Below are positions 1 to 8,234 of a stretch of DNA of 31,252 nt, piece by piece. This DNA is from a virus (taxonomy: Duplodnaviria; Caudoviricetes): positions 1-31,252 of the IMG/VR virus record IMGVR_UViG_3300032225_000030. One strand, given 5' to 3'. A model generated the notes under the pieces. That model saw nothing but the letters and a program-made list of their open reading frames with translations, ran no database searches and was not told where the DNA came from. Position numbers and translations under genes: made by a program. Every line of letters starts with the position of its first letter. Positions within the stretch are counted from its first letter, which is position 1.

Positions 1-951
1 ATGTCTAAACGTATCGGGCGTTATCCGTCTTCTAAAGACGGTGGCCCGACATGGTTTGGGATGTGGGGCGACACCAACCCCCCGACGATGGACACTTGGT
101 GGTATTACCAGATGGAAGGCTTAGACCCTAAAGATGGCGTATCTCCCAATAACAACGGCTGGGATGTCTTCAAGCAACCGTCAGGTCGCTCGACTTTTGC
201 AGAGAACATCGAGAACCTACCCGACGGATACTACGATACACAGGGTCGGTCAGAAGAATACATCCGCGTATACATTGACGGCGAGTACGGGCTGTCCTCG
301 GCTGGTATGCCAGTCTATAAGTATTTCAGGGCGGACTACCATATGGCTAAGCAGAAGCTACGCTATATCAATAATGGGGTTCGACCCATTGTTATCGGGA
401 TGGACTTGGGGCTTACCCCCGCTGCCGTCATTGGGCAACATGATGCTCGTGGTAGGGCGGTAATACTTGGCGAGTGTGTATCGTTTGACATGGGTATACA
501 GCGCTTCGTACGTACGATGCTAAAGCCCATGCTATTTGAGAAGTTCCCCGGCTCTCCCGTCCTCGTAGTAGTTGACCCAGCAGGTATACAGCGGGCGCAG
601 ACTGACGAGCGCAGTGCAGTAGACATTATTAAGGCTGAGGGTTTAAGGGTAATCCCTGCCAAAACAAATAATGTCTCGGCTCGCATCAATGCGGTCGATG
701 AGTTCCTGATGCGTCAGGTGGACGGTGACCCGGCCTTTATTGTTAGCCCAGAATGTACGCAGCTTAAGGCGGCGATGATGGGTGGGTATCGTTACAAGCC
801 CAAAGGCGATGGCGACATTGATAAAAATAAACATAGTCACGTTGCTGAAGCACTACAATACCTTATGCTTCACATCACCGCAGGTGGTGAGGGGCATCTT
901 TTAGCCCGAAGAAAGGAAGTCAAGGGGGTTTCCGCCGCTGGCTGGACATGA
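1..951 (+). CDS. terL: Terminase large subunit, C-terminal part (5'-truncated by window edge)
   Basis: WGDTNPP coupling motif, ENIENLPDGYY, RNase H-like nuclease IGMDLGLTPA...VVVDPAG...HSHVAEALQY. Walker A/B absent, so the ATG at 1 is probably internal. Lies upstream of portal. Confidence 0.92.
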   Translation: MSKRIGRYPSSKDGGPTWFGMWGDTNPPTMDTWWYYQMEGLDPKDGVSPNNNGWDVFKQPSGRSTFAENIENLPDGYYDTQGRSEEYIRVYIDGEYGLSSAGMPVYKYFRADYHMAKQKLRYINNGVRPIVIGMDLGLTPAAVIGQHDARGRAVILGECVSFDMGIQRFVRTMLKPMLFEKFPGSPVLVVVDPAGIQRAQTDERSAVDIIKAEGLRVIPAKTNNVSARINAVDEFLMRQVDGDPAFIVSPECTQLKAAMMGGYRYKPKGDGDIDKNKHSHVAEALQYLMLHITAGGEGHLLARRKEVKGVSAAGWT

Positions 952-957
952 TATACT
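949..957 (+). promoter_or_regulatory. Extended -10 sigma70-type promoter (TGnTATACT) overlapping the terL stop codon
   Basis: TGATATACT at 949-957; the -35 position (TTTCCG, 929-934) is weak. Predicted +1 at A964 coincides with the start of a hairpin. Confidence 0.5.
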
Positions 958-963
958 TGCCGT

Positions 964-1044
964 ACTGCTTGCAGCAGTTGTCACCCGGCGAGAATCTCCT
1001 TCACGCCCTTGTACCCCGCGAGGAAACTCCGGGGTTCTTTTTTT
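964..1044 (+). ncRNA. Candidate ~80-nt small RNA with three hairpins and an anti-Shine-Dalgarno loop
   Basis: Hairpin 1: ACTGCT/AGCAGT (964-978). Hairpin 2: GGCG-A-GAA[TCTCC]TTC-A-CGCC (987-1007). Hairpin 3: intrinsic terminator. Bounded by an extended -10 and a U-tract. Confidence 0.5.
1013..1044 (+). terminator. Rho-independent terminator
   Basis: ACCCCG-c-GAG[GAAA]CTC-CGGGGT with a GNRA loop, followed by TCTTTTTTT. Confidence 0.85.
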
Positions 1045-1046
1045 CT

Positions 1047-1075
1047 TTGACTACCTGTATACTTGTTGCTATAAC
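1047..1075 (+). promoter_or_regulatory. Sigma70 promoter for the head operon
   Basis: TTGACT (1047-1052), 17-nt spacer, TGc extended motif, TATAAC (1070-1075). AGGAGG RBS precedes ATG 1109. Confidence 0.75.
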
Positions 1076-1108
1076 CACCCTACAATATCTAGTAGGCAGG
1101 AGGCCAAT

Positions 1109-1348
1109 ATGTCACACGGTGCGATTCAGAAGAACAAGGTAGTTCCCGATAACAAACGGATGATGGGTAATGGAGACCACATGCACTCTACCAATCCTGT
1201 GATGGCTAAAGATAAGCCACATAATCCTGCTGTCGGCTACGCTAAAGGTGGTATGGTTACTTCATGCACACATGCTGAAGGCGGCAAGCCTTACGCGATT
1301 ACTTCTACTAATCCAAAGATGAACGCAAGTGCGGGGAAACTAAAATGA
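1109..1348 (+). CDS. Small Met/Lys/His-rich protein with GYAKGGMV and STNPxM motifs
   Basis: Strong AGGAGG RBS; first ORF after the promoter; motifs shared with 1345 and 14809 ORFs. Confidence 0.75.
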   Translation: MSHGAIQKNKVVPDNKRMMGNGDHMHSTNPVMAKDKPHNPAVGYAKGGMVTSCTHAEGGKPYAITSTNPKMNASAGKLK

Positions 1349-1533
1349 AACTTGGTAAGAACGCGACAAAGCCTTTTAAGATTACCTCTACTAATCCGAA
1401 GATGTCCACCTCGTCAAGAGAAAACACCATCGGCTATAGTAAGAACGAGAAGGCTACGCTGTTTAACAAAGCGCTTCACCGTGAACCAGTAGGTATGGTT
1501 CTTCGTACACTTCGTGGCATTAACTCTCGCTAA
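1345..1533 (+). CDS. Small basic hypothetical protein (ITSTNPKM motif)
   Basis: ATGA overlap with upstream gene; fills the gap to portal; shares ITSTNPKM with 1109 ORF. Confidence 0.65.
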   Translation: MKLGKNATKPFKITSTNPKMSTSSRENTIGYSKNEKATLFNKALHREPVGMVLRTLRGINSR

Positions 1534-1543
1534 GGGTAATTAA

Positions 1544-3604
1544 ATGGCTGGTCTTAACTTCCTACGTGTCGTCAGTAATGCCGAACTTGCAAAGCAAGAG
1601 GAAGAATCTGCTACGGCTAAGGCATTAGCAGAGCGTCAAGCACAACCTTTGATGTTGGGTCTTGCGGCGTATCTGCGTGAGTGCTGGGATGTAGCAAAGC
1701 AAGCCAAGCGCCCTATCGAGCAGAAGATGCTCATGGCCTTACGTCAACGTAATGGTCAATACGAAGCTGACAAGTTACAACAAATTCAAGAACACGGCGG
1801 TTCACATATCTACATGATGGTGACTGAAGTAAAGTGTCGTGCAGCCGAGTCATGGTTGCGAGACATCTTGCTGGATAACGGTACTCCACCTTGGGACATT
1901 GTCCCTACTCCGATTCCTGACCTGTCTCCTAACGACACTAAGGCCATCCAAGATACTTTTGCAAATGAAGTATTGAAGATGTTGCAAGAGAGTGGTAGTG
2001 CTCCTTCTGCTGACCAGATGGCAGAGATTAAAGAAATGGTCTCCCAAGACTATCGCTTCAAAATTTTGCAAGACGCACAAAACCGTGCTGACAAAATGAA
2101 GATGAAGATTAGCGACCAGTTTGCTCAAGGCGGCTGGGCGGAATCGTTCAACGACTTCGTTACTGACTTAGTTACTTACCCTTCTGCATTTATCAAAGGC
2201 CCAATCGTACGTCGTCAACGTTCGTTAGGTTGGAAGACTGATGCAAGTGGTAAGACCATAGCTGAGCCAATTGAAAGACTCGCTCCTGAGTACGAGCGCG
2301 TTGACCCATTCCGCATCTATCCCGAGCCGGGTATCTCCCGTATCGAAGAAGGATACATTTTTGAACATCACCCGCTAACCCGTATGGACTTGGCGGATTT
2401 GATTGGTGTGCCCGGCTACGATGACGATGCTATTCGTCGCGCCCTTGAGGATGGCAACAACTCCTCATGGATTGGTCAGGACATCAAACTACTTAAAGAC
2501 GAGCAAGAGCGCAAGTTCTACTCGTACATGCGCCCAACTGAAGTGTTCGATGCACTTGAGTTCTGGGGCAAAGTTTCAGGCAAGATGCTCCTTGATTGGG
2601 GTATTGATGAAGCTGGAATCGAAGACGAAGCAAGAGAGTACGACGCTAATGTGTGGCTGGTTGGAAATATGGTCATCAAGGCTGTACTTAACTATGACCC
2701 ACTAGGACAAAAACCTTATGCAAAAACTTCATTCATTAAGTGCCCGGGTGCTTTCTGGGGTAAAGGAATTCCTGAAATCATTGAAGACGTTCAAAGCGTC
2801 TGTAATGCGTCGGCTCGGGCTTTAGTCAACAACATGGGTATTGCCTCAGGCCCACAGGTCGAGGTAAACCTAGAACGTATCCCGCCAAACGAGGACATCA
2901 CAGCGATGCACCCTTGGAAGATTTGGCAGGTCATGAACGACCCTGTTGGTTCAAGCGCACCCGCAGTACGCTTTACTCAGCCTGAGGATAATGCAAATAC
3001 ACTTATGGCTGTGTACGATAAATTTAGTAAGCTGGCTGATGACCACTCAGGCATCCCAGCTTACATGTATGGCGACCTGAATGTACAGGGCGCTGGACGC
3101 ACATCCTCTGGCCTATCTATGTTGATGGGCGCAGCAGGTAAAGGTATACGCCAAGTCGTAGGTCATATCGACTCTGATGTGATTAAGCCAGTTGTACAAC
3201 GTCAGTTTGTGTACAACATGCGCTACGACGAGGATGAATCAATTAAGGGCGATGCACAAGTTCTCGCCCGAGGCGCAGTTAACTTGGCAGTTAAAGAGAC
3301 TGTCAACGTGCGCCGCATCGAGTTCCTCAACGCAACCGCCAACCAAATCGACATGGAAATTGTCGGCAAGGATGGCAGGGCAGCGATTCTTCGTGAAATC
3401 GCTAAAGGGTTGCAAATGCCTGTGGATGACATCATTCCATCTCGGGAAAAAGCCACTGTCATGGGTGCTGTTGCTGCTCGCGCACAAGCTGCGCAACAAG
3501 CTCAGCAGGCGCAACAACCTGCGCCAACCCAGCCAGACGGTTCTCCCAAAGGTGGAATGGAAGGCAACACAGTCAGTAACCGTGTCTCGGGAGCAGCCGC
3601 ATGA
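1544..3604 (+). CDS. Portal protein
   Basis: 686 aa between terL and scaffold/capsid. Portal-like segments YERVDPFRIYPEP, FWGKGIPEII..VQ..CNASARALVNN, SGIPAYMYG, RTSSGLSMLM, plus a Gln/Ala-rich C-terminal tail. Confidence 0.9.
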   Translation: MAGLNFLRVVSNAELAKQEEESATAKALAERQAQPLMLGLAAYLRECWDVAKQAKRPIEQKMLMALRQRNGQYEADKLQQIQEHGGSHIYMMVTEVKCRAAESWLRDILLDNGTPPWDIVPTPIPDLSPNDTKAIQDTFANEVLKMLQESGSAPSADQMAEIKEMVSQDYRFKILQDAQNRADKMKMKISDQFAQGGWAESFNDFVTDLVTYPSAFIKGPIVRRQRSLGWKTDASGKTIAEPIERLAPEYERVDPFRIYPEPGISRIEEGYIFEHHPLTRMDLADLIGVPGYDDDAIRRALEDGNNSSWIGQDIKLLKDEQERKFYSYMRPTEVFDALEFWGKVSGKMLLDWGIDEAGIEDEAREYDANVWLVGNMVIKAVLNYDPLGQKPYAKTSFIKCPGAFWGKGIPEIIEDVQSVCNASARALVNNMGIASGPQVEVNLERIPPNEDITAMHPWKIWQVMNDPVGSSAPAVRFTQPEDNANTLMAVYDKFSKLADDHSGIPAYMYGDLNVQGAGRTSSGLSMLMGAAGKGIRQVVGHIDSDVIKPVVQRQFVYNMRYDEDESIKGDAQVLARGAVNLAVKETVNVRRIEFLNATANQIDMEIVGKDGRAAILREIAKGLQMPVDDIIPSREKATVMGAVAARAQAAQQAQQAQQPAPTQPDGSPKGGMEGNTVSNRVSGAAA

Positions 3605-3819
3605 TTCGGCCCGACCCAAAAGTCGTGAAGGCTTTCGCCATCACCAGTCGCCAGTACCCAGAGATTCTGGAGTATTTGGAGTCTTGGCGTATGCGAGAAC
3701 TTGAACAACTTCCGAGCGCAATAAACAACGCGGCATTGATGCAGGGGCGATGCCAAGTTTTGAACGAGCTATACAAGCTCGTTAAAGAGTCCCCTGAACT
3801 AGCGGCAAAGTCAGAATGA
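3601..3819 (+). CDS. Small helical protein following portal (head-associated, hypothetical)
   Basis: ATGA overlap with portal; QGRCQVLNEL motif typical of small post-portal genes in podoviruses. Confidence 0.75.
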   Translation: MIRPDPKVVKAFAITSRQYPEILEYLESWRMRELEQLPSAINNAALMQGRCQVLNELYKLVKESPELAAKSE

Positions 3820-3860
3820 CTCGCCGTCTAATCCACGCACACCGATAGGAGCGTTTTATC

Positions 3861-4898
3861 ATGGCACTTCCAGAGCAAATTCGTAAACAGACCGAGGCTG
3901 TACAAGAGTTGTACAAGCAAATCAATGGCGATAGTAACAATGGCGAGGGAACACCCGCCGATGGCAATACTACTATGTCCAGTGATGACGCTTTCAATTC
4001 TCCTGCTGCCGACGAGAACACTGTACAGAACGTAGCTACTCCGTCATCTGGCAATGAGCAAACGACAGATGATAGAAATTCAGACGAGGTATTGAGCCAA
4101 AAATACCGCACACTTCAAGGTATGTATAACGCCGAAGTTCCGCGCCTGCACTCGCAGAACAAAGAGCTTTCAGGCAGAGTACAGCAGATGGAGCAATTGC
4201 TGGCTACTTTATCTGCGCAATCCAATGCACCCCGTAACGCTGAGGTCACAAGTGACCCATTGATTACGGACAGAGACCAAGAGGAGTATGGTGAGTCGCT
4301 TGACGTTATGCGTCGTGTGACCCGCGAAGAACTCATCCCAGTCGCGCAAAAGATGGCACAGTTAGATAGACTAATTCAGCAGTTACAGATTAACGTCGTA
4401 CCTCAGGTAAATAACCTGACACAACGTCAAGCTGTGAACACTGAACAGCAATTCTGGACTGAGTTGACTTCCTATATTCCTAATTGGCGAGACATTAACA
4501 ATGCCCCTGACTTCCAGTCATGGCTATTGGAGATTGACCCGCTGACTGGTATTAGCCGTCAAACTATTCTAGAAGATGCCCAACGCAATACCGATGTGCG
4601 CCGTGTGGCTAATTTCTTCCGTTCATGGATGGAGTTAACTGGACAAGCTAATGTTGCTCAAGACACCAATCGGAGAGCGACTGCTTCCGAGTTGGAGAGA
4701 CAAGTTACACCGGGACGTTCCCGTAATACTGGTGCTCCTTCCAACTCAAACGCCAAGAGTTACAGTCCTGATGACATCAAAACCTTTTTCAACGATGTTC
4801 GTCAGGGTAAGTACAAAGGGCGCGAGGCAGAGCGTGACCGAACCGAACGCGATATTTTTGCAGCACAACGCGAAAATCGCATAATTGTTAACGCTTGA
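3861..4898 (+). CDS. Scaffolding protein
   Basis: Acidic disordered N-terminus, coiled coil (KYRTLQGMYNAEVPRL), directly upstream of capsid gene; AGGAG RBS. Confidence 0.75.
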   Translation: MALPEQIRKQTEAVQELYKQINGDSNNGEGTPADGNTTMSSDDAFNSPAADENTVQNVATPSSGNEQTTDDRNSDEVLSQKYRTLQGMYNAEVPRLHSQNKELSGRVQQMEQLLATLSAQSNAPRNAEVTSDPLITDRDQEEYGESLDVMRRVTREELIPVAQKMAQLDRLIQQLQINVVPQVNNLTQRQAVNTEQQFWTELTSYIPNWRDINNAPDFQSWLLEIDPLTGISRQTILEDAQRNTDVRRVANFFRSWMELTGQANVAQDTNRRATASELERQVTPGRSRNTGAPSNSNAKSYSPDDIKTFFNDVRQGKYKGREAERDRTERDIFAAQRENRIIVNA

Positions 4899-4914
4899 TT
4901 AGAGGAGTTTTATC

Positions 4915-5823
4915 ATGGGCTATCCCGTCGCATCAGGCCGCACGAACTACAGCGGCAATTTCATCCCCGAGATTTGGTCGGGCAAACTTATCGAGAATTT
5001 CTACGACGCAACTGTATTGAGCGCAATCTCTAATACAAATTACGAAGGTGAAATTCGCAACATGGGTGACACGGTCAATATCCGTACTACCCCAACCATC
5101 ACTATCAAGACTTACGTCAAGGGTCAGACTCTTGCCGTTGAGAATCCTGATAAGGAAAAGCTCCAATTGGTCATCGACAAGGGCGAGTACTTCGCTTGCG
5201 TTGAGGACGATGTGGACAAAGTTCAAGCAGACATCAACTTGATGGACACTTGGTCTAAAGACGCTTCTGAGCGTATGAAGATTAAGATTGACCAACGCGT
5301 GTTGACTGACATCCTGCCAGACATTTCTTCTTTGAATAAAGGTAGCTCTGCTGGTCGTATCACTGCTAACATTGACCTCGGTACTACTGGTTCTCCGTTT
5401 GCGATTACTAAGACTAACGTCTTGGAATATATCGTTGATATAGGTACTGTGTTGGACGAAGCTAATGCTCCTGAGAGTGACCGTTTTATCGTGATTCCAG
5501 CCAAAATGGCAGGCATGATTAAAAAGTCTGACTTCAAGAGTGCGTTGGTTACTGGTGATAACGTGTCTATTTTGCGCAACGGACAGTTGGGCATGATTGA
5601 CCGCTTCACTGTGTATATGAGCCACAACTTGAGTGTTACTAGCAGCAAGTTCAGCATCATTGCTGGTCACAAAATGGGCTTCACTTTTGCCTCACAAATG
5701 ACCAACATGGAAACTATCCGTTCTGAGTCTACTTTCGGCAACGTTATTCGTGGCTTGCAAGTTTATGGTTATAAGGTTGTAAAACCTGAAGCCTTGGCTC
5801 AAGGCGTTGTGACCCTTGCTTAA
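4915..5823 (+). CDS. Major capsid protein (HK97 fold, P22-coat-like)
   Basis: NFIPEIWSGKL...YEGEI...GDTVNI N-terminus and RGLQVYGYKVVKPEAL C-terminus typical of this capsid family; GAGGAG RBS. Confidence 0.9.
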   Translation: MGYPVASGRTNYSGNFIPEIWSGKLIENFYDATVLSAISNTNYEGEIRNMGDTVNIRTTPTITIKTYVKGQTLAVENPDKEKLQLVIDKGEYFACVEDDVDKVQADINLMDTWSKDASERMKIKIDQRVLTDILPDISSLNKGSSAGRITANIDLGTTGSPFAITKTNVLEYIVDIGTVLDEANAPESDRFIVIPAKMAGMIKKSDFKSALVTGDNVSILRNGQLGMIDRFTVYMSHNLSVTSSKFSIIAGHKMGFTFASQMTNMETIRSESTFGNVIRGLQVYGYKVVKPEALAQGVVTLA

Positions 5824-5846
5824 CTTTTTAACATTGGAGAAATAAA

Positions 5847-6320
5847 ATGGCTACATATACCGACTCGTACGGCTTCCAAAAAGGAAGCGCCGCCCCTCTT
5901 GCTCGTGGTCTTAATAAGACTTCACGCATTGAGGTAACTTTGGACTTTCCAAAAATCATTGCTGCTCGTTTGGCTGCGGGTGCAACTGCACTGGCTGCTA
6001 GTGATGTGATGGAAGTACTGCCAGTTCCTGCTAAGAGCATCATCTCTCAAGTAGGTATGGAAGTAACCACTGCCGCTGGTGTGACCAGCACGATTGCTAT
6101 TGGTGACGGTTCTGCCGCCGCTGGCTATCTTGCTGCAACTTCAGCTAACGCCACTGGCGTTTCTGGCGGTGTTCCAACTTTGACATCTGGTGCATTTGCT
6201 CCTACTTTGAGTGGTGGCAAGTTGTACTCAAGCGCTGACACTATCGACATTACCCTTGGTACTGCTGTACCAGCGGCTGCTGTTGTGCGTATCTTTGCAA
6301 CTTTGACAGATGTGTCTTAA
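5847..6320 (+). CDS. Probable capsid decoration/cement protein
   Basis: Ala/Thr/Gly-rich beta-type protein directly after the capsid gene and before the terminator, so co-expressed at high level; GGAG RBS. Confidence 0.6.
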   Translation: MATYTDSYGFQKGSAAPLARGLNKTSRIEVTLDFPKIIAARLAAGATALAASDVMEVLPVPAKSIISQVGMEVTTAAGVTSTIAIGDGSAAAGYLAATSANATGVSGGVPTLTSGAFAPTLSGGKLYSSADTIDITLGTAVPAAAVVRIFATLTDVS

Positions 6321-6327
6321 GTAACTG

Positions 6328-6357
6328 AGGATGGGGGGCTTGCCCCCCTCCTTTTTT
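6328..6357 (+). terminator. Rho-independent terminator after capsid and decoration genes
   Basis: AGGA-t-GGGGGG[CTTG]CCCCCC-TCCT then T-tract; G(CUUG)C stable tetraloop. Confidence 0.88.
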
Positions 6358-6367
6358 GGAGATTAAA

Positions 6368-6658
6368 ATGGCAGACCCAAATGGCGTTAAATCAGCGCAT
6401 TTAGAAGCAACAGGTACGTTAGTCACTGGTAGAGGTTATCTACAAAGCATGATTTTCTTATCTGGCGGTACAGCCGGAGATATTATTCTCCGTGATGGCG
6501 GTGCATCTGGTGCAGTGGTTGCCCAGTTTAATGTGCCTGCTAATACAAACAACCCTGTAACAATGCCGATTCCCGGCGCAGGTATATTATTTGAAACAGA
6601 TTTGCATGTAACTTTGGCTACAAGTTCAAAGATTACGGTGTTCTACTCGAAGGCGTAA
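6368..6658 (+). CDS. Small beta-rich virion protein (96 aa; start moved to ATG 6368)
   Basis: GGAG at 6358-6361 precedes ATG 6368. The track's TTG 6356 lies inside the terminator U-tract. IPGAGILFETDLHV motif is common in small phage head proteins. Confidence 0.7.
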   Translation: MADPNGVKSAHLEATGTLVTGRGYLQSMIFLSGGTAGDIILRDGGASGAVVAQFNVPANTNNPVTMPIPGAGILFETDLHVTLATSSKITVFYSKA

Positions 6659-6659
6659 C

Positions 6660-6917
6660 ATGGCTACGAAAAAGGGTGTTAATCTATCCGTAGGCCGTGG
6701 TGAGAAGTTACCTGTATCACAGGGTGCTGGGCTGACTGCTAAAGGTCGTGCTAAGTACAATGCAGCAACAGGCTCAAATTTAAAAGCCCCACAACCTGAA
6801 GGTGGTAAACGCAAAGATTCGTTTTGTGCTCGTATGTCTGGTATGCCCGGGCCTATGAAGGACGAAAAGGGAAAACCAACACGTAAGGCGGCGGCGCTTG
6901 CAAGGTGGAAATGTTAA
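6660..6917 (+). CDS. Small basic protein, DUF6321-like
   Basis: GLTAKGRAKYN...GSNLKAP...RKDSFCARM...ALARWKC, recalled as a widespread aquatic phage family. Confidence 0.75.
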   Translation: MATKKGVNLSVGRGEKLPVSQGAGLTAKGRAKYNAATGSNLKAPQPEGGKRKDSFCARMSGMPGPMKDEKGKPTRKAAALARWKC

Positions 6918-7111
6918 TGGCTACTAAACCTAAAACCAAGTCAACCGTAAATGCCGCAGGTAACTACACAAAACCTGAAGTGCGTAAGCGGATTGTGTCG
7001 CAAGTAAAAGCGGCTGCAACGCAAGGTACAGGTGCAGGTCAGTGGTCAGCGCGTAAAGCGCAACTTGTTGCAAAGAAATATAAGGCTGCTGGCGGAGGGT
7101 ATAAAGATTGA
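6917..7111 (+). CDS. Small basic protein, N-terminal half of DUF5872-like family (start ATG 6917)
   Basis: NYTKPEVRKRI...GQWSARKAQLVAKKYKAAGGGY; TAATG overlap with upstream gene. Confidence 0.75.
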   Translation: MATKPKTKSTVNAAGNYTKPEVRKRIVSQVKAAATQGTGAGQWSARKAQLVAKKYKAAGGGYKD

Positions 7112-7341
7112 AAGCCCCACAAAAGTCTCTTAAGGATTGGGGTGACCAGAAATGGCGTACCAAGAGTGGTAAACCTTCAAGTAAAACCGGAGAACGGTAT
7201 CTACCTGAAGCTGCAATAAAGGCGTTAACCCCCGCAGAGTATGCTGCTACAACGAAAGCAAAGCAGCAAGGCAAGGCAAAAGGTCAACAATTTGTAAAAC
7301 AGCCAGCTAAAATAGCGGCTAAAACTAGCAAGTATAGATAG
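7108..7341 (+). CDS. Small basic protein, C-terminal half of DUF5872-like family (TTG start)
   Basis: QKSLKDW..QKWRT...GERYLP..AI..L; GGAGG at 7094-7098; TTGA overlap. Confidence 0.75.
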   Translation: MKAPQKSLKDWGDQKWRTKSGKPSSKTGERYLPEAAIKALTPAEYAATTKAKQQGKAKGQQFVKQPAKIAAKTSKYR

Positions 7342-7350
7342 GAGATACAC

Positions 7351-7593
7351 ATGTCAGAACGCTTTTTACGTAACCGACGCGATGGTACGATTTACCACTG
7401 GAACGAAATCCTTGCAGAGAACATTCTGTGTGAGGAAGTAACTGAGGAAGAAGCTTTCCCAGAGAAGTTCATCCCTAAGAAACAAAAGGGTCGCAAGTCT
7501 GGTTTAGCGTTAGAGACTGAGGATATTCCTGTAGAACCTGAAACGGTTAACGAAGAACTCAACATCGAAGCATCTAGGGGTTTACCCGAATGA
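7351..7593 (+). CDS. Hypothetical acidic protein
   Basis: AGGAG RBS; ATGA overlap with next gene. Confidence 0.7.
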   Translation: MSERFLRNRRDGTIYHWNEILAENILCEEVTEEEAFPEKFIPKKQKGRKSGLALETEDIPVEPETVNEELNIEASRGLPE

Positions 7594-8234
7594 AACTCTC
7601 GTCAGTAATCACTGAGGCTCGACGCCTACTGCAAGACAACACAGTGCCGTATCGTTACAGCGACACGGTGCTATTGGGCTTTGCTAATCAGGCGCTTAAA
7701 CGCATGTCTGTACTGCGTCCTGACCTCTTTGCTTATCTGACGACTATTGCGACCACTGCTGGTACAAACATCCAGTCAATCCCTTCAGACGGCATCCGCA
7801 TCATGGAGATTTTCCAAGTTAATGGTGGAGATGCTATTACTGAAGCAAGCCGTGAGTCTCTTGATGAGACATACCCCGGCTGGATGAATGTTACCGCTGG
7901 CCCAACAGTCAACTGGATGCGACACACTCGTAATCAGTCTAAGTATTTTATTTACCCTAAAGCCCCCGCAGGGCAATCTTTGGTTGCAGAGTATGCCCAA
8001 GCCCCCCGTGACTACACGGCAGATGAGGATGTGGCATTGCTCTCTGATGCGTACTTCCCCGTTGTTCTTGACGGTACTGTGTATCTGGCGGAGACTATTG
8101 ACAACGAGCATGTGAACTCTAATCGTGCTCAGTTGTTCCAACAAACATTTACCCAAGCTCTCGGTGTCAGCGCACAGTCTCGTACCTTGACTGATACTGA
8201 AGAATCTGGGTTACCTAAAGAACAGGTAATCTAA
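7590..8234 (+). CDS. Head-to-tail adaptor-like protein (DUF6682-like)
   Basis: N-terminal helices ARRLLQD...RYSDTVLLGFANQAL...LRPD and FIYPKAP beta segment; position after head genes. Confidence 0.65.
   Translation: MKLSSVITEARRLLQDNTVPYRYSDTVLLGFANQALKRMSVLRPDLFAYLTTIATTAGTNIQSIPSDGIRIMEIFQVNGGDAITEASRESLDETYPGWMNVTAGPTVNWMRHTRNQSKYFIYPKAPAGQSLVAEYAQAPRDYTADEDVALLSDAYFPVVLDGTVYLAETIDNEHVNSNRAQLFQQTFTQALGVSAQSRTLTDTEESGLPKEQVI

Noticed and set aside
901-1002. Minus-strand mini-ORF (AAGGAG...GTG) as a type I toxin antisense to the sRNA
   Set aside because: SD-to-GTG spacing is ~11 nt and the peptide is not hydrophobic or toxin-like; the plus-strand sRNA reading explains the sequence better.
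948-1142. 64-aa ORF in track spanning the terL-1109 gap
   Set aside because: Runs through a strong terminator and a consensus promoter; the FFFS stretch is just the U-tract.
3192-3704. Alternate-frame plus-strand ORFs (170 aa in portal, 158 aa at 25715, 105 aa at 25097)
   Set aside because: Unlike 28522 they lack an evident SD-ATG pair and any family resemblance; Ser/Leu/Arg-rich shadow composition.
4933-5670. Long minus-strand ORFs (245 aa here, also 10508-11143, 21371-21910, 29688-30209)
   Set aside because: Antisense shadows of codon-biased plus-strand genes; no recognisable motifs or RBS.
5800-5850. T7 10A/10B-style frameshift fusing capsid to the 5847 protein
   Set aside because: The required -1 frame has TAA at 5829 before the 5847 ATG, and 5847 has its own GGAG RBS.
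7095-7115. -1 frameshift joining the two DUF5872-like halves
   Set aside because: No slippery heptamer, TAA at 7102 in the -1 frame, and a GGAGG RBS supports independent TTG initiation.
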